From Eledone cirrhosa (Eukaryota), in contig OZ024746.1 of the NCBI GenBank assembly GCA_964016885.1, positions 34,100,001-34,164,000 of the forward strand: 64,000 nucleotides of DNA. The letters run 5' to 3'. A model generated the notes under the pieces. That model had not been told where the DNA came from. It worked only from the letters and a program-made list of their open reading frames with translations, and did no database searches. Made by a program: the position numbers and the translations under genes. Positions 30,350 to 43,105 of this stretch are shown here, one piece after another (positions within the stretch are counted from its first letter, which is position 1; the number at the start of each line of letters is the position of its first letter).

Positions 30350-31400
30350 TCAATATACGTACGCCCAGGAAGCGACTAAACTACAACCACTTCTCTCCTC
30401 CTCTCGTCCTTCTCAAATATAGCCACCTACTTTCACGCTTCAATCTACATCACTTCAAATATGCCTTTCTCCCACACCACGAGGCTCACTTCTCCTTAGC
30501 GACGCCGATGACATCAAACCAACCCACTACACACTTTTCTACATAATTTCAACTGGTGATTCTCCCCTAGGAGGTTGCTGATATGCAATAGGAACACAAT
30601 GTGTCCCAAATATTTAAAAATGACCTTTGGCTATATTGTGGCCACGTCCTTCTCTCAATCTACTGGACTCACACAAGAACGATACGACAGCAGTCTTAGC
30701 ACAATATCTATATCTCCTAATCGCTCTCTTTCTGACGAACATATTGAAACTTCCTCTTTCTTTGCCCATTCGTTTTATCTTTCGCTATAATCTCCTCACA
30801 CTTAGTGTAATTACAGGATATCTCCCTAGCTATCCTATATGCACATTGCACACTATATATCTATTAAAGAACTGTTGACCCGTCACTACTATTTCAACTT
30901 TCCATACATACAATCAAGCCAAACCAAGCATTCCAAAACCTACTTACAATTCCTCGGTCTACGTCGTCTCTCTCTGCCGCAGGACCATTATTCTGACACT
31001 CACAACACATGGCCTTTTAGTTCCTCTAACACGGTACCAACCACTTTCAACGAACAGACCTCAAACAGGCGGGTGATGTTGACAGCAGACCATTGCTCCC
31101 CACTTCCGATCAACCAACACTTTCTTTCCGTTTCCCACATATTTTTAGGCTTTCACTCCTGTGTCGTAAGCTTCTACATTACCGATCACTGGTCAATGAC
31201 TCGTACATGCAACCTACTTTCCCACCAAACCATGTCCATTATTAACCACCATCGTAAGTTCCATGACCTCATTGTTTATATCTCTTTCCGTCCTGGCATT
31301 GTTCCCTACACATGCTATTGTCGCCATACATACCCATCACTCACCAATTACAAACTACTGAACGTCATGAAACAAGGTAGTTTCCACAACCACCACTCAA
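30350..31400 (+). pseudogene. Highly decayed PLE (Neptune-like) RT/thumb remnant
   Basis: TKHSKTYLQFLGLRRL parallels TKHSIPYTQFLRLRRL at 49.1 kb; same C-rich strand bias. Confidence 0.6.
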
Positions 31401-31741
31401 AGTAGAAGATAACTTCATATATAGTTGCTTTGGTAGAAGAACATTTATATAGCTCTGTCAGCAAAATATGTCACACGGGATATAATAAATAGCTGAATTT
31501 CCATGATGTGCATGCATTTAGTACTGTAATTAATTAAAACATTTATGCTAGAACACACAGAATATTCGAAGATGTTATGCTAAATTTACATTAGAGAGAA
31601 TAGCTGCATCATACGGTTTGTAATTGTGAAAATGAATTTTCAAAGAATTATTTCTAAAGAAGTAGTTACATAATTCACCTGTCCATGAGTTCTTGCATCA
31701 ATTTATAATACATACTCACACTTCACTTATGTAAATATAGG

Positions 31742-31787
<46 letters not shown>

Positions 31788-31791
<4 letters not shown>

Positions 31792-31890
31792 ATAATAATA
31801 AATTTGAAGACTAAAATACAAAGAAGATGCCGTTAAGGGTGAAAGCAGCGATTCTTTGCTTAAACTTTAATCTGTTATTTTAATAAATAT
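31788..31890 (+). mobile_element. Short pLTR-like fragment with decayed hammerhead; copies at 61011-61080 and (5' part) 9456-9497
   Basis: gaagat-cc-gttaagggt-GAAA-gcagcga-ttctttg, with caaagaa/ttctttg as stem I; identical 3' part at 61 kb; all between (TA)n tracts. Confidence 0.6.
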
Positions 31891-31932
31891 ATATATATAT
31901 ATATATATATTACACACACACACACACACACT

Positions 31933-31969
<37 letters not shown>

Positions 31970-32189
31970 GTAATTTAGGTGTGTAACAACAGTTAGAGGT
32001 GGTGCGCCTTTCGAGGAACTCAATGCTGTTATGAGGTCCGTTCCGTTTAGAATGTATTCCAGTGTTACGGCTGTAGTGTGCAGACTGTAAATAGGTTTAA
32101 AGTGTCGAAGTCAGTGTTGAAGCGTATGTTCAAACCTCATTTGCATATTCATTTGTTTCGATATCGGAACACTGATTTCGTTTCTGAAA

Positions 32190-32250
<61 letters not shown>

Positions 32251-32493
32251 ATATAGTAGAATAATCGAGTATCGAAAAATCGGCGCACGAGTTCACGATA
32301 AACAAAATTCGATATGAGCGGCAGAGGGCTCAATAATTTAGATAAATCAGAGCTATAACTATCGTTAAAGTACCGTCACACATAGAACAAGTCTATAATC
32401 AACCATACGACCGAAACATTGCGATCTGGAAGATTCGGGACACTCAGATAAAAAATCAATATATCAATAAATCAAATGAATGTAAAAAGCATG

Positions 32494-32571
<78 letters not shown>

Positions 32572-33288
32572 GTTTATACTTTTAGTACAAGGCCACCAAT
32601 TGTCCCAGTGCATTACAGGTGTTTTTATTTTATAAGTATATGAGGGGTGGGTGTGTGCTAAATGGTAATTGATTAAGATGATATATGTGGAGGAAGAGTT
32701 CCATTAATAAATGTGGACATCAAACATAATATGCCAACGGATTCTGAACAGTAACATAATTTCCATCACTGAGACCACGCATACAGACTCATAGAGTAGA
32801 ATTTTGTATTCCTGTATTATTTGGAGAAGGAACATAGAAACAGCAACATCAAAAGTAGTTGAACCTCCATATCATCAGGCGTTTTACCTAAATGTATGTC
32901 TAATATGCTCAGGAACTGTTTCATTGATTACTCGCAAATAGAAATGTACTCACCATCAAAAGATTGCGTCAATAGGAAAACAATATTTTGAAGAATAAAT
33001 ATACAGAAACAGCTGTATAGCCTCAGCAGCTACTCAGATTGGTGTGAAACAATCACAGCTTAACATATTCGTAGCGGGACACATATATGTATATTATGGA
33101 TATATTCACTAGTATTATGTACAAGGGTATATTGGTGTTACTGTTTATACACACGCGCACACACACATACACACACACACACACACATACACAGACACAC
33201 ACACACACACACATACACACACACACACACACACACATACACACACACACACATGTATGTATGTATATATATATATATATATATATAT

Positions 33289-35280
33289 CTAAGGCGGGTA
33301 AAATTCCCGAGATCCATGGACGAGTTCTCTCCAGCGGTCTGTCCCTCATTATCGCTGCCATGTCCTGCGTGTCTGTCCTTAGGGCATCAACATACGTTAA
33401 CCTTGGTCTTCCTCTTCTACTGTGTCCATGTAGGGACTCCCACAGAAGCACTGAGTGCAATATCAACTCTGGATGTCGGTGAGCATGTCCAGCTAACCTC
33501 AGTCTCCTCTGTATCACTTTTGAGCTGACTTTTGGGATGCTCCCATACAGCTCTGAGTTTTTCATCCTCAGTGTATACTGATTAATGTTCAGAGCCATCC
33601 TCAGCATTCTCGTATACCACCCATCCACCATCTGACTGAGTATATTGGTCAGTGCCCAAGTCCGAGACCCGTACAGCAGCAGGGACTCCACTAGAGCAAT
33701 GAAGAGGCGGATTTTCAGGTCTTCACGAAGGTCCGACTTCCACACCGATCTCAAGCCGTGGCACGCCTCCCAGGCTTTGCTCTTCCTCTCTACCACATCA
33801 TCTTCCGTATTCCCAATCTTTGCTCCCAAATACAGGAAGTCCTCAACCAATTCTAGCGGCTTCCCGCCTACATTAGTGATCCCCTCTGGCTTCTCTACCA
33901 GATATTTTGTTTTAGTCTCATTCATTCTCAGACCCACACTCATCGACACAGTCTCAACATCCCGCATCAAATCCTTTGCCTCCTTCACTGTATTTGTCAC
34001 CAAAACTATGTCGTCGGCAAGTTCAGCATCCGATACCTTTTTCTCCTTAACTCTCCTGCACTGAGCCGGTGCTACAGTAAAGCCAGAGTCCTGGTGTTTC
34101 TCCAGTGCAAGGCGCGTACAATAGTCCACTACGATGATAAGAAGCTACGGAACCAATGTATCTCGCTGGAGCACTCCAGCCAGTATCTCAAAGAACTCTG
34201 TCATCCCATCAGGTGTAATGACTTGGGCTTTGGTGTTGGTGTAGATCAGTAATATTAGGTCCACTATCCTCTTGGGTATTCCATAAGCCTGTAAGATCTT
34301 CATCAGGCAGTAACGGTCCACAGAATCAAAGGCCTTCCTAAAGTCAATGAAAACCATGACCGCAGGAAGGCACTTTGCTCTAGCTCCCTCTAATATCCTC
34401 CTCAGCATCAGGATGTGACTAATGGCTGATCTTCCCTCTCTGAAGCCGTTCTGGTTGTCCCTGATCTACTTCTCTATCTCAGGCTGAATCCTGTTAAGAA
34501 TTATCCTGTTGAGGGTCTTTGCCACAGGTGACGTCAGTGAGATCCCCTCTAGTTGTTGGTGTTAGAGAGATCTCCCTTCTTTGGCACTGGGACGATGTTA
34601 CTGATCGTCCACTGATTCGGGGCAACTCCTTTCTCCAGTGCCCGGTTACAGAACCCCAGGATGATATCATCAAAATCACACCTCTTCATCACCTCTGATG
34701 CCACTCCATCTTCTCCATGAGCCTTGCCCTCCTTGATCCTCTTCTTGGCTCTCTGAAGCTCCTCTCGGGTGAAGGGCTCTGTCTCAACATCCAGTTCCCC
34801 AAACAGCCGCCTGATCTCCCCAGTGCTCTGGGCTGTGGAGGGTGGCTCTCCTAGTACGGTCCTAAAATGGTCTAGCCATTTCCTCTTCCTATCCTCGGGC
34901 CCCGTTTCCTAGATCTGACTCGAACACCTTTTCTTCCCTGTGATCTCGTTCATGACCATCCATCTCTCCTTACATCCAGATCTGTCAACCGCTCTCTCCA
35001 CACTTCTGATCTTCTCTAACAGTGCCTCCTCTCTGACCTCAGTCTAAGCTGTACAGAGTTCTTCCCTCATCACCTCCAGAGTCTCCATCCTCTCCTCCGT
35101 AGGATCAGCATAGAATTGGTGCTTGGCAGCTTTCAGGTGCTCTCTGGCCGCACACACTTTTGGGTTTGCAGAGCTGACGAGCTTCCTTTTGTTCTTTTTC
35201 CTCGGCACCAGGGTTTCACTTGCTTCCGCCACTGCATTGGTGAAGTGCCCGTACCTCCTCGTCACACTCTCCTCAGTCCA
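33289..35280 (-). mobile_element. RTE-clade LINE, 3' two-thirds (RT domain, disrupted)
   Basis: QNGFREGRS, FIDFRKAFDSV, GVLQRDTLVP, LADDIVLV, FLYLGA, YTRMLRMAL, RRLRLAGH, RGRPRLTY; ends at (TA)n. Confidence 0.95.
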
Positions 35281-36524
35281 TGTCCTGGGTATGACATTAA
35301 ACTACATCCAGTGGCAAGGCTCCAGTTCGGGAGTTCAGGAGTTGTGGGGAATGTGGAATTACCCCTTAGTTGTCATAACTCCCAGGTCTGCCCTGGCCCG
35401 GAGTAGTTGTACCTGTTAGGGCTCCATTTATGGGTTAAATAACTACCTTATTCAAGTGGCGCCGATAAGGTATTGTCAGCCATTGAAAAGAAATATGGAG
35501 ATTCGATCTAACAGCACTAGGGTTAGAGCCCCTAATTACACTGTCAAGGAGCAGTCTGGTCGTTATGACTCTGCTGGCTTAGATCCACAAAGAGGGCCAG
35601 TGGTTGATGGAGCAGCTGTCTCTGAGACAAATATAAAGAATGCAGTTTTGTCCTGCAGAAGAGCCATCAACATGGGCACTTTGAATGTGAGGACTATTCG
35701 GACGCTGGAGAAGAGAGAGGAGTTGGGACATATGTTCGAGGAGAGTGGTATACAGATACTTGCGATCCAAGAATACAGGGTCCTACACGATGAGTCCGTG
35801 AGGAGTGTAATGATCGGTAAGAGGAGCCAGCTCATCATTACATCGGCAGTGAAGAACACAACAAATGCTGCAATAGGAGGAGTGGGTTTTGTGATCAGTG
35901 CAAAAACCAATCTATTGGTGAGGGAAATAATGCCTGTCTCCCGACGAGTGTTGAGGGTGACCTTCAATGGAAACCAAAGACTGACAGTCATCTCAGTCTA
36001 TAGTCCAACCGAGGGGGACAATGATGTGAGTGCGGAGGGTTCCATGAGGAGGTGTGTAGAGCTGTCAACACCTCTCAGGCACATAATATCCTGCTTGTTT
36101 TGGGGGACTTCAATGCACATCTGAGTAAGGAGGGCAGTGAAGACCCTTGCTGGTACTTTCATAACATCACCAACCGAAATGGAAGACTACTCAGAGACAC
36201 CCTGCTGGAGGCGAAATTGATAGCGACCAACCTAAGGTTTAGGAAGAATCTGGGGAAGATGTGGACCTACATCTCATATATGCACCTGTCCAAGTCCCAG
36301 ATTGATTTCATTCTGGTGAGGAAAAGGTGGTGGAATAGTGTTTGGAACACAGAACCATACAACTATTTCAGTACCCTTGGTAGTGACCACCGGCTTGTTA
36401 TGAGTGAGGTCCGGGTGAGCTTAAGAAAGAGCAAGCTCGGCCCCGGAGAGCAATCTATGACTGGGGAGCTTTCAAGGAAGATGATAAGCTACAGGAGAGG
36501 TTCACAGTGGAAGTGAGAAACAGG

Positions 36525-36527
<3 letters not shown>
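35281..36527 (+). mobile_element. Same RTE LINE, inverted 5' third (5'UTR plus APE endonuclease)
   Basis: GTLNVRT, ILAIQE, GGVGF, SVYSPT, LGDFNAH, QIDFILVR, SDHRLV, ending ERFTVEVRNRF at (TA)n. Confidence 0.95.
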
Positions 36528-36582
<55 letters not shown>

Positions 36583-36585
<3 letters not shown>

Positions 36586-39163
36586 CGCTGATAAAAGTAA
36601 TGAAAATGATGAATCACTAGTAAAGAATAAATCAAATTTCACTGCGCTAAAAGGAAGAAATATCTATCTCGACCAATCCATTGATATCCTGTCTAAATTT
36701 CCTCTTAGACGTAATACTAATGTTAGGCGAAACATTAACAAATCGGAAATGTCTGCACTTTTACGTATAAATGATAAAACAATGATAATTAAACAAGCAG
36801 ATAAAGGGGGTGCAATTGTTATAATGGATGCTGAATACTACAAAGATTTAGTTGAGGAACAACTGAAAGGCACAGCATTCTACCATGAAATACCGTCAAA
36901 TATAGACCGCAACATCATGAAGAAGATCAACAACCTGGCTTCAAAATAACACAACTCACTTACTGATAATGAACACACCAATTTTGAACCAAAACCCAGC
37001 AACCTTTATGGCTTACCGAAAATTCATAAATCAAAAGCATTCAAATTGGTAGTAAAAGAACAAAAAAGTGAGTACATTAAATTACTATACACAAAAGACT
37101 TAAAACTTAGACCTATTATAGCTGGTCCAACATGCCATACCCACCGTCTAAGCAATTTTATTGATATTATTTTGAAACCACTATGTATTCACATACCCAA
37201 TTTCATCTGGGATGATATCGTCTTCCTGTCCCATCTTCCCAAACCACGGAAACGAATTCACTTCTACTTAGTTTTGATGTGGTAAGCCTTTACACCAACA
37301 TTACACATGATTTAGGAAGAAAGGCGGTTAAACAATGTGTGGTAAAACACAGAGAAATGTTTCCCACCAGATTCACAGTGTCATTTATATTAGACGCAGT
37401 CAGACTTATTCTGGAAAACAACACATTCTTCTTCAATGGAAAGAATTACATCTAAATTAGAGGCACAGCGATGGGTTCGAAGTTTGCCCCCGTTTACGCG
37501 AACTCTGTAATGGGATACTTAGAAAAACAACTCTACCAAGAAATAGAGGAAGAAATATAGCACTGAATTTAGAAAGTAAATTGAAAAGTCTTGAAAGAGA
37601 TACCTTGACGATTGTTTCATTATCTGGACAGAATCTCTAGATACTCTGGATGAGTTCAATACCCTCCTGAATAACCCATACCCATCCCTCCAATTTACAA
37701 AAGAGGTGAGTAGTACCAAATTACCATTCCTAGCTATAATGGTAATCAAAAACGACACCACTATTACCACGGATATATACTATAATCACACAGAAACCCA
37801 TCAATATCTGAATTTTAAGACGTGCCATCCACCTCATTCAAAACGCAACATCTCATACTGCCTAGCCAGAAGAATGTGTGCCATTGTAGAAGATACGAAT
37901 ATCAGGAACAAACGCCTAACAGAACTGAGAGAATTGTTGCTCAAACAAAAATACCCATCACTACTTATAGAAAATGGCATACAGCGGGCTATAAAAATAT
38001 CTATACAGCAACTTAGGACAAACCAAGGAAGAAGAAACCAAGAACTGGTTATACCATTTATAATGACACACAACCCATGTCACCAGAATATCTTCAACAC
38101 TGCCAAAACAAGTTACCGATCATTGCTCAAAGAAATCAATTAAAAGCTTTAATCACAGACCGAGCTTTGAATATTAGTAAAAGACAGCCGAAAAAATATG
38201 AAGCAATTAGTAACAGTGGCAAAGTTTGACCTTAAAAACAAAGACCAATCATTCACTCTATCTAAATGCAATGATAGTCAATGTGGCACAGTTCATACAT
38301 ACTGGTCAATATATGAACACAAACAAATGGAAATATATGAACACAAAAAAATGCAAATATGAACTGCAAAAGCTGAAATCTAATTTACTGCATTAAATGC
38401 CCGAATTGAGAAGAACTATATGTCGGTCAAACTGGAAATGCACTATCGGAACGTGCACGGATGCACCGACAGCAAATCAGATACCCCTGAGTAACCCTCT
38501 AGCAACATGTGGTCAGAAAATATTTATAATATTTGTACAAACTACACAGCCCAAGTGAAATCGAGAGAAAAATTAAAGAAAATAATTTTATTGATAAATT
38601 CCAACCCAAGCTAAATGAACAATAATAATGCTTAGGGGTATTGCTTCTACTATGACTACGCCTACGAACATGTCGTCTACCAGCACTAACAACAACAACA
38701 ACAACACCAATAATAATAATAAAAGTGATGTTGATGATTACTGAAGATCTTTTATAAAAAACTTAGGAAATGCTATTTTCATCATTTTTAAAAATGGCAA
38801 AACAATTGATGCTTTGGATAGGGTCAAATAGAAGTCGTTAGACATGTTCAACGAACTGTGACGCCTAAACTAATCAGCTTTAGTAATCTAGTAAAACCAC
38901 ACACCAATTGGTCGAAATACGGTTTGCAAAACATAGCATTCTCTAGCCCCTTTTTACTGTATATCAGGCACAGATTTTAGCCATCTCATTAAAGTTGAAA
39001 ATTGCAAATTTGACTTTCACCACTGAATATGAACCTGAAGATTGCTAAAGCATGAAAGTACTTGTTCAATTACCATTTAACATTTAATATTCTACAATTC
39101 TATTTCATTATAATATCATTATAAATAAGACAAAGTTGGAATTCCTTTTCTTAATATAATCTT
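36583..39163 (+). mobile_element. Penelope-like element (Neptune-like), RT plus GIY-YIG plus pLTR; multiple stops and frameshifts
   Basis: IKQADKGGAIVIMD, LYGLPKIHK, LRPIIAGP, SFDVVSLYTNI, GTAMGSKFAP, RYLDD, LIYCIKC...YVGQTG; flanked by microsatellites. Confidence 0.93.
39030..39068 (+). ncRNA. Minimal type-I hammerhead ribozyme in the PLE pLTR
   Basis: TGAAC-CTGAAGA-T.TGC(TAAA)GCA.T-GAAA-GTAC-TT-GTTCA. Confidence 0.85.
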
Positions 39164-39214
39164 CTATACACAATCATACACATATAAATATATATATATA
39201 TAAATATATATATG

Positions 39215-39308
<94 letters not shown>

Positions 39309-39309
39309 C

Positions 39310-39381
<72 letters not shown>

Positions 39382-39902
39382 ATGGCAACATATATATATC
39401 CACCTATCTAACTATATTCATACAAGTTAAATTTCATTAAAGTGCATTTATTTGGAATGAACTACCTTTCAACATATCTCTCTAGCCTTTCAGAACACTT
39501 GATCATTTGCTCATATGCCAGTTGGCTCACCACGTTTCTGTCTGAAATCGTTATTGATCATCAATAATTGCAGAGATCAAGAGGCTAATTGCTGCCCAAA
39601 GACATGCTGAGTGTCACGTCCGAAAATCAATTCGTTCAATAGTATGAAATACGAGCTTGATTCAAATGGTTGTCGACAATCGCCTCCGACGTATTCTTCG
39701 TACATCTTCATACATTTTATATAGACATGAAAATTAGGTTACTTTTGGTATGGTTATTGTTTTTTCTCCGCATTAACGCTTCTTGTCGTAACTGATGTTA
39801 TTAGGAAGGCCATGAAGTGGAATTAAGACAACAACTATTGAAAAGTATTGTAGAACAACTTCTCTCGGTAATAAGGAAAATAATAATAATGATAACAATA
39901 CT

Positions 39903-40065
39903 AATAATGGTTTCTGATTTAGGCACAAGGCCAGCAATTTGTGGGGAAAGGAAAAGTCGATTAAATAAAACCATTGTATTACTGGTACTTTATTTTATCG
40001 GCCATGTAAGGGTGAAAGGCAGAGCTATCCTCGGCGTGATTTGGACGCAAAATGTAAAAAGCCGT
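39903..40065 (-). mobile_element. Older-subfamily SINE; a further fragment lies at 40113-40185
   Basis: ggcacaaggccagcaatt...tactggtactttattttatcg...gaaaggca. Confidence 0.8.
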
Positions 40066-40199
40066 AAAATAATAATATCAATAATAACTATAACAACGAC
40101 GACAGCAATAATACCAGCACTTACCCCATTGCATTGCTTGTACTTTTAAGTTATCAACCCCGTAAGGATGAAAGGCATAGTTAACGTAAATGCCATGAC

Positions 40200-41760
40200 T
40201 CTATGCTACAATGAACGACATATGGGTGACAAAACAGTAGACGGGGACAGTGGGGGGGGGGGGGGGGGGGCACACAAATCGAGTAAAAAATAGGAAAACA
40301 ATAATTATGAACAAGAAAAATACAACAATGAAAATTCCCCTTAGAGGGGTGAACTCCCAGGTTTGACTCAGGTAATCCACCAATACTGAACCATCCGACG
40401 ATACGAGCGTACCCGGGAAGGGCTCCACTCTCCTCCTCAAAATCACCAGCCTACAGGCTCATGATCAGAGTAGGCCTATGCTCGCCACATTCACCCACCT
40501 TTCAGCAAATGTACTGGGGGGGGGGGGCACTTCTTTCTCCATCGTTACTTTCCTTTCCAAGTGAAATTTTTAAAAATTTGATAGGGGATTGGCCGAATAG
40601 AAAAGTGTCTGTTTTCAGTCTTTCAACCTGGTCCATCACAGAAATTCTTTCTATACTGCCACCAGACAGAGGAACATGCCTGCTCTTCCTCGCCAATAGA
40701 CGGCGGCGAGTCAATCTTCTCTATGGACTTGGCGGATAGCCGGATCCGTTCTAAACGCGACAACAGCTGTTCGACAAGCTCCACATATCAGTAGTGCACG
40801 GACACTGGACGAGTGGCTGTAAAATGGTTTTGTTCCTCTGCGCGCATATAAGGCAGGTCCGTCTGACAGAACTTCAGTACCTGTAGAATTTATCTCGAAC
40901 CCACAGTGGCTCCTGGTAGCACTGCCAAGCGAGGGATTTCTGAGAGTTATCCATCCTTCTCGGCTCGAAAGTCCTCCTGAACAGACTGGTTAGTTCCACT
41001 TCGTCGGCGACCAGTGTCTCTCCGATTGCGTCGTCGAATTTATCCACCGTTAATCTGCTATAGAACTCAGGAGTGGAAGTTCCACTGACCGCATTGCCCA
41101 CGTGGTAGGCGGCAGTGAGTGCTTGGCAACATTCTAGATACCAGTCACTCAGTCTCGGTCTATTCTTGACACAGGACGACTGTAGCTCAGTCAAAGAGAC
41201 AAGCTGCGAAAAGGCCCGTCGGACAAACGGGGACCACACCTGTTCACCGTTTAGCCAGAATATCTAGAGATGCCGCAGTCTCAGCGCATATCTGCTCATC
41301 ATTAGAAATGGTATGCCCCTCCCACCGTCTCACCAACGGAATCTGTCCCATCTACAATAATTTGAAGACGAGCAGTTCCAGCTTGGCGAGGCCCGAACGG
41401 GGGCAAGGTATGACGGTCAGGTGTTAGTAGATGACCCATTTGCCACGTCCGCCTAAAGAATTAGTGCAGCCGACAAGGGCATCCTGAATGTATGCTGAAG
41501 TTATCGACCTTTCACAGCGCTCAGTGTCGACCGTCAAGATGCGCGGCAAGCCATCGAACAAAGTGTTGGCGAAGGCCTCACACATCCGCCTAGTATCGCT
41601 CAGCTCGTGCCTGTCTCTGTCCGTAAAATACAAAATTGTTGTTTTATTACAAAGCTGCGCCTCTGCAATGCGGGCCCATCCAACAGCTTTTATTCCCTCG
41701 TTTCTCAGGGCACGCACGACCTGCAACTTCCTCAGAGGTCTCTTTACATGCAGTCTTACT
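40200..41760 (-). mobile_element. Internally deleted, decayed Tx1/L1-type LINE
   Basis: RALRNEG...MCEAFAN linker, LPR...CERSIT...IQDAL, and the C-terminal KSLAWQCYQEPLWVRDK followed by a CxxC...C zinc-knuckle-like region; RT core is missing. Confidence 0.7.
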
Positions 41761-42560
41761 GAATACCCGCAGCCGCTCCTACACTCTTATCACATGCTTC
41801 TAATAACACTCTATAGAATGCATGCTTTTTGTTTCTTCTTTTCTCTAGGTATAGTACTGTGAGCGCCTATCCTACGTATGTATGTTGTGTGACCAACCCA
41901 GTTCTGCATTCACCATGAGGAGCTGCGTAAAAACATAGTGCACAAAGTGCACGCAACACTGCATTGGTTTTGCATTAGTTGCAATTGTAAATGCAGAGCT
42001 CTGAGTAATTATGGAGATCATTTAGCCTCATCGTAATTCTACTCAGCCTACAGATCAATTTGCCTTTAGATTGTGCTATTCAAATCCAATAATCGTGCAA
42101 TATCGGTAAAATTTGTAATGAAGAACACTAACATATGTAGCTGCAGTATGCAGAATTTCTGTGTGGCATGGTGTTCTCGAACCTATCCATGAAATAATAA
42201 TCTAATGTGATGAGTTTGGGAGTGGCATTTAGGGCAGCATTATGAAGTAGCAAGAGAATAGAAGCGGAGAAGAAGGGAAACAACCCCAAATACTTACCTG
42301 TAAAATTGTTTGCTGAAAATCAATATGTTTAAAACTACATGAAACTGTGAAATATATTCGGTATTAAGCACTTTACGCCAATGCATGTAACCAGGTTAAA
42401 TAACTTCTTTACTTGAAATCGAATATCAAATAGCTGCATTTATACGACGTAATCATAAGTAATGCACACACACACATAATACACACACATGCGCGCACAC
42501 ACACACACACACAAATACACACGTACATACACACACACATATATATATATGTTTATATAC

Positions 42561-42683
<123 letters not shown>

Positions 42684-43030
42684 GGTGTTGGATGCTTAAA
42701 GTGTCTCTATGCGGTAGAACGTTTAAGCACTCGATGCTCTCATAGAGCTGAGTATGATATCACAGAAAAAAAGAGAATCAGTGTTGCGACGAATGTAATT
42801 TATTGGACATATTACAATCGTTTCTCTGGCGACCAGCCTGAGGCACGATTGATGTGATGATCGAATCTGACTCTGAAAATCGCAACCAAAACATATCTGA
42901 GGACCTTGCGATTTTCAGAGTCAGGTTCGATCATCACATCGATCGTCCCTCGAGGTGCTGAACGCCAGAGAAACGATTGTAATATGTCCATTAAATTCCA
43001 TTTGTCGCAACACTGATTCTATTTTTTTCT

Positions 43031-43036
<6 letters not shown>
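42684..43036. mobile_element. Head-to-head inverted pair of the long-stem-II hammerhead pLTR family
   Basis: 42756-42885 is inverted at 42906-43036; both ends at (TA)n. Confidence 0.85.
42891..42987 (+). ncRNA. Type-I hammerhead ribozyme with a 66-nt stem II domain
   Basis: ACATAT-CTGAGGA-[66 nt]-GAAA-CGATTG-TA-ATATGT; 6-bp stem I, near-palindromic stem III, GUA site. Confidence 0.75.
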
Positions 43037-43104
<68 letters not shown>

Positions 43105-43105
<1 letters not shown>

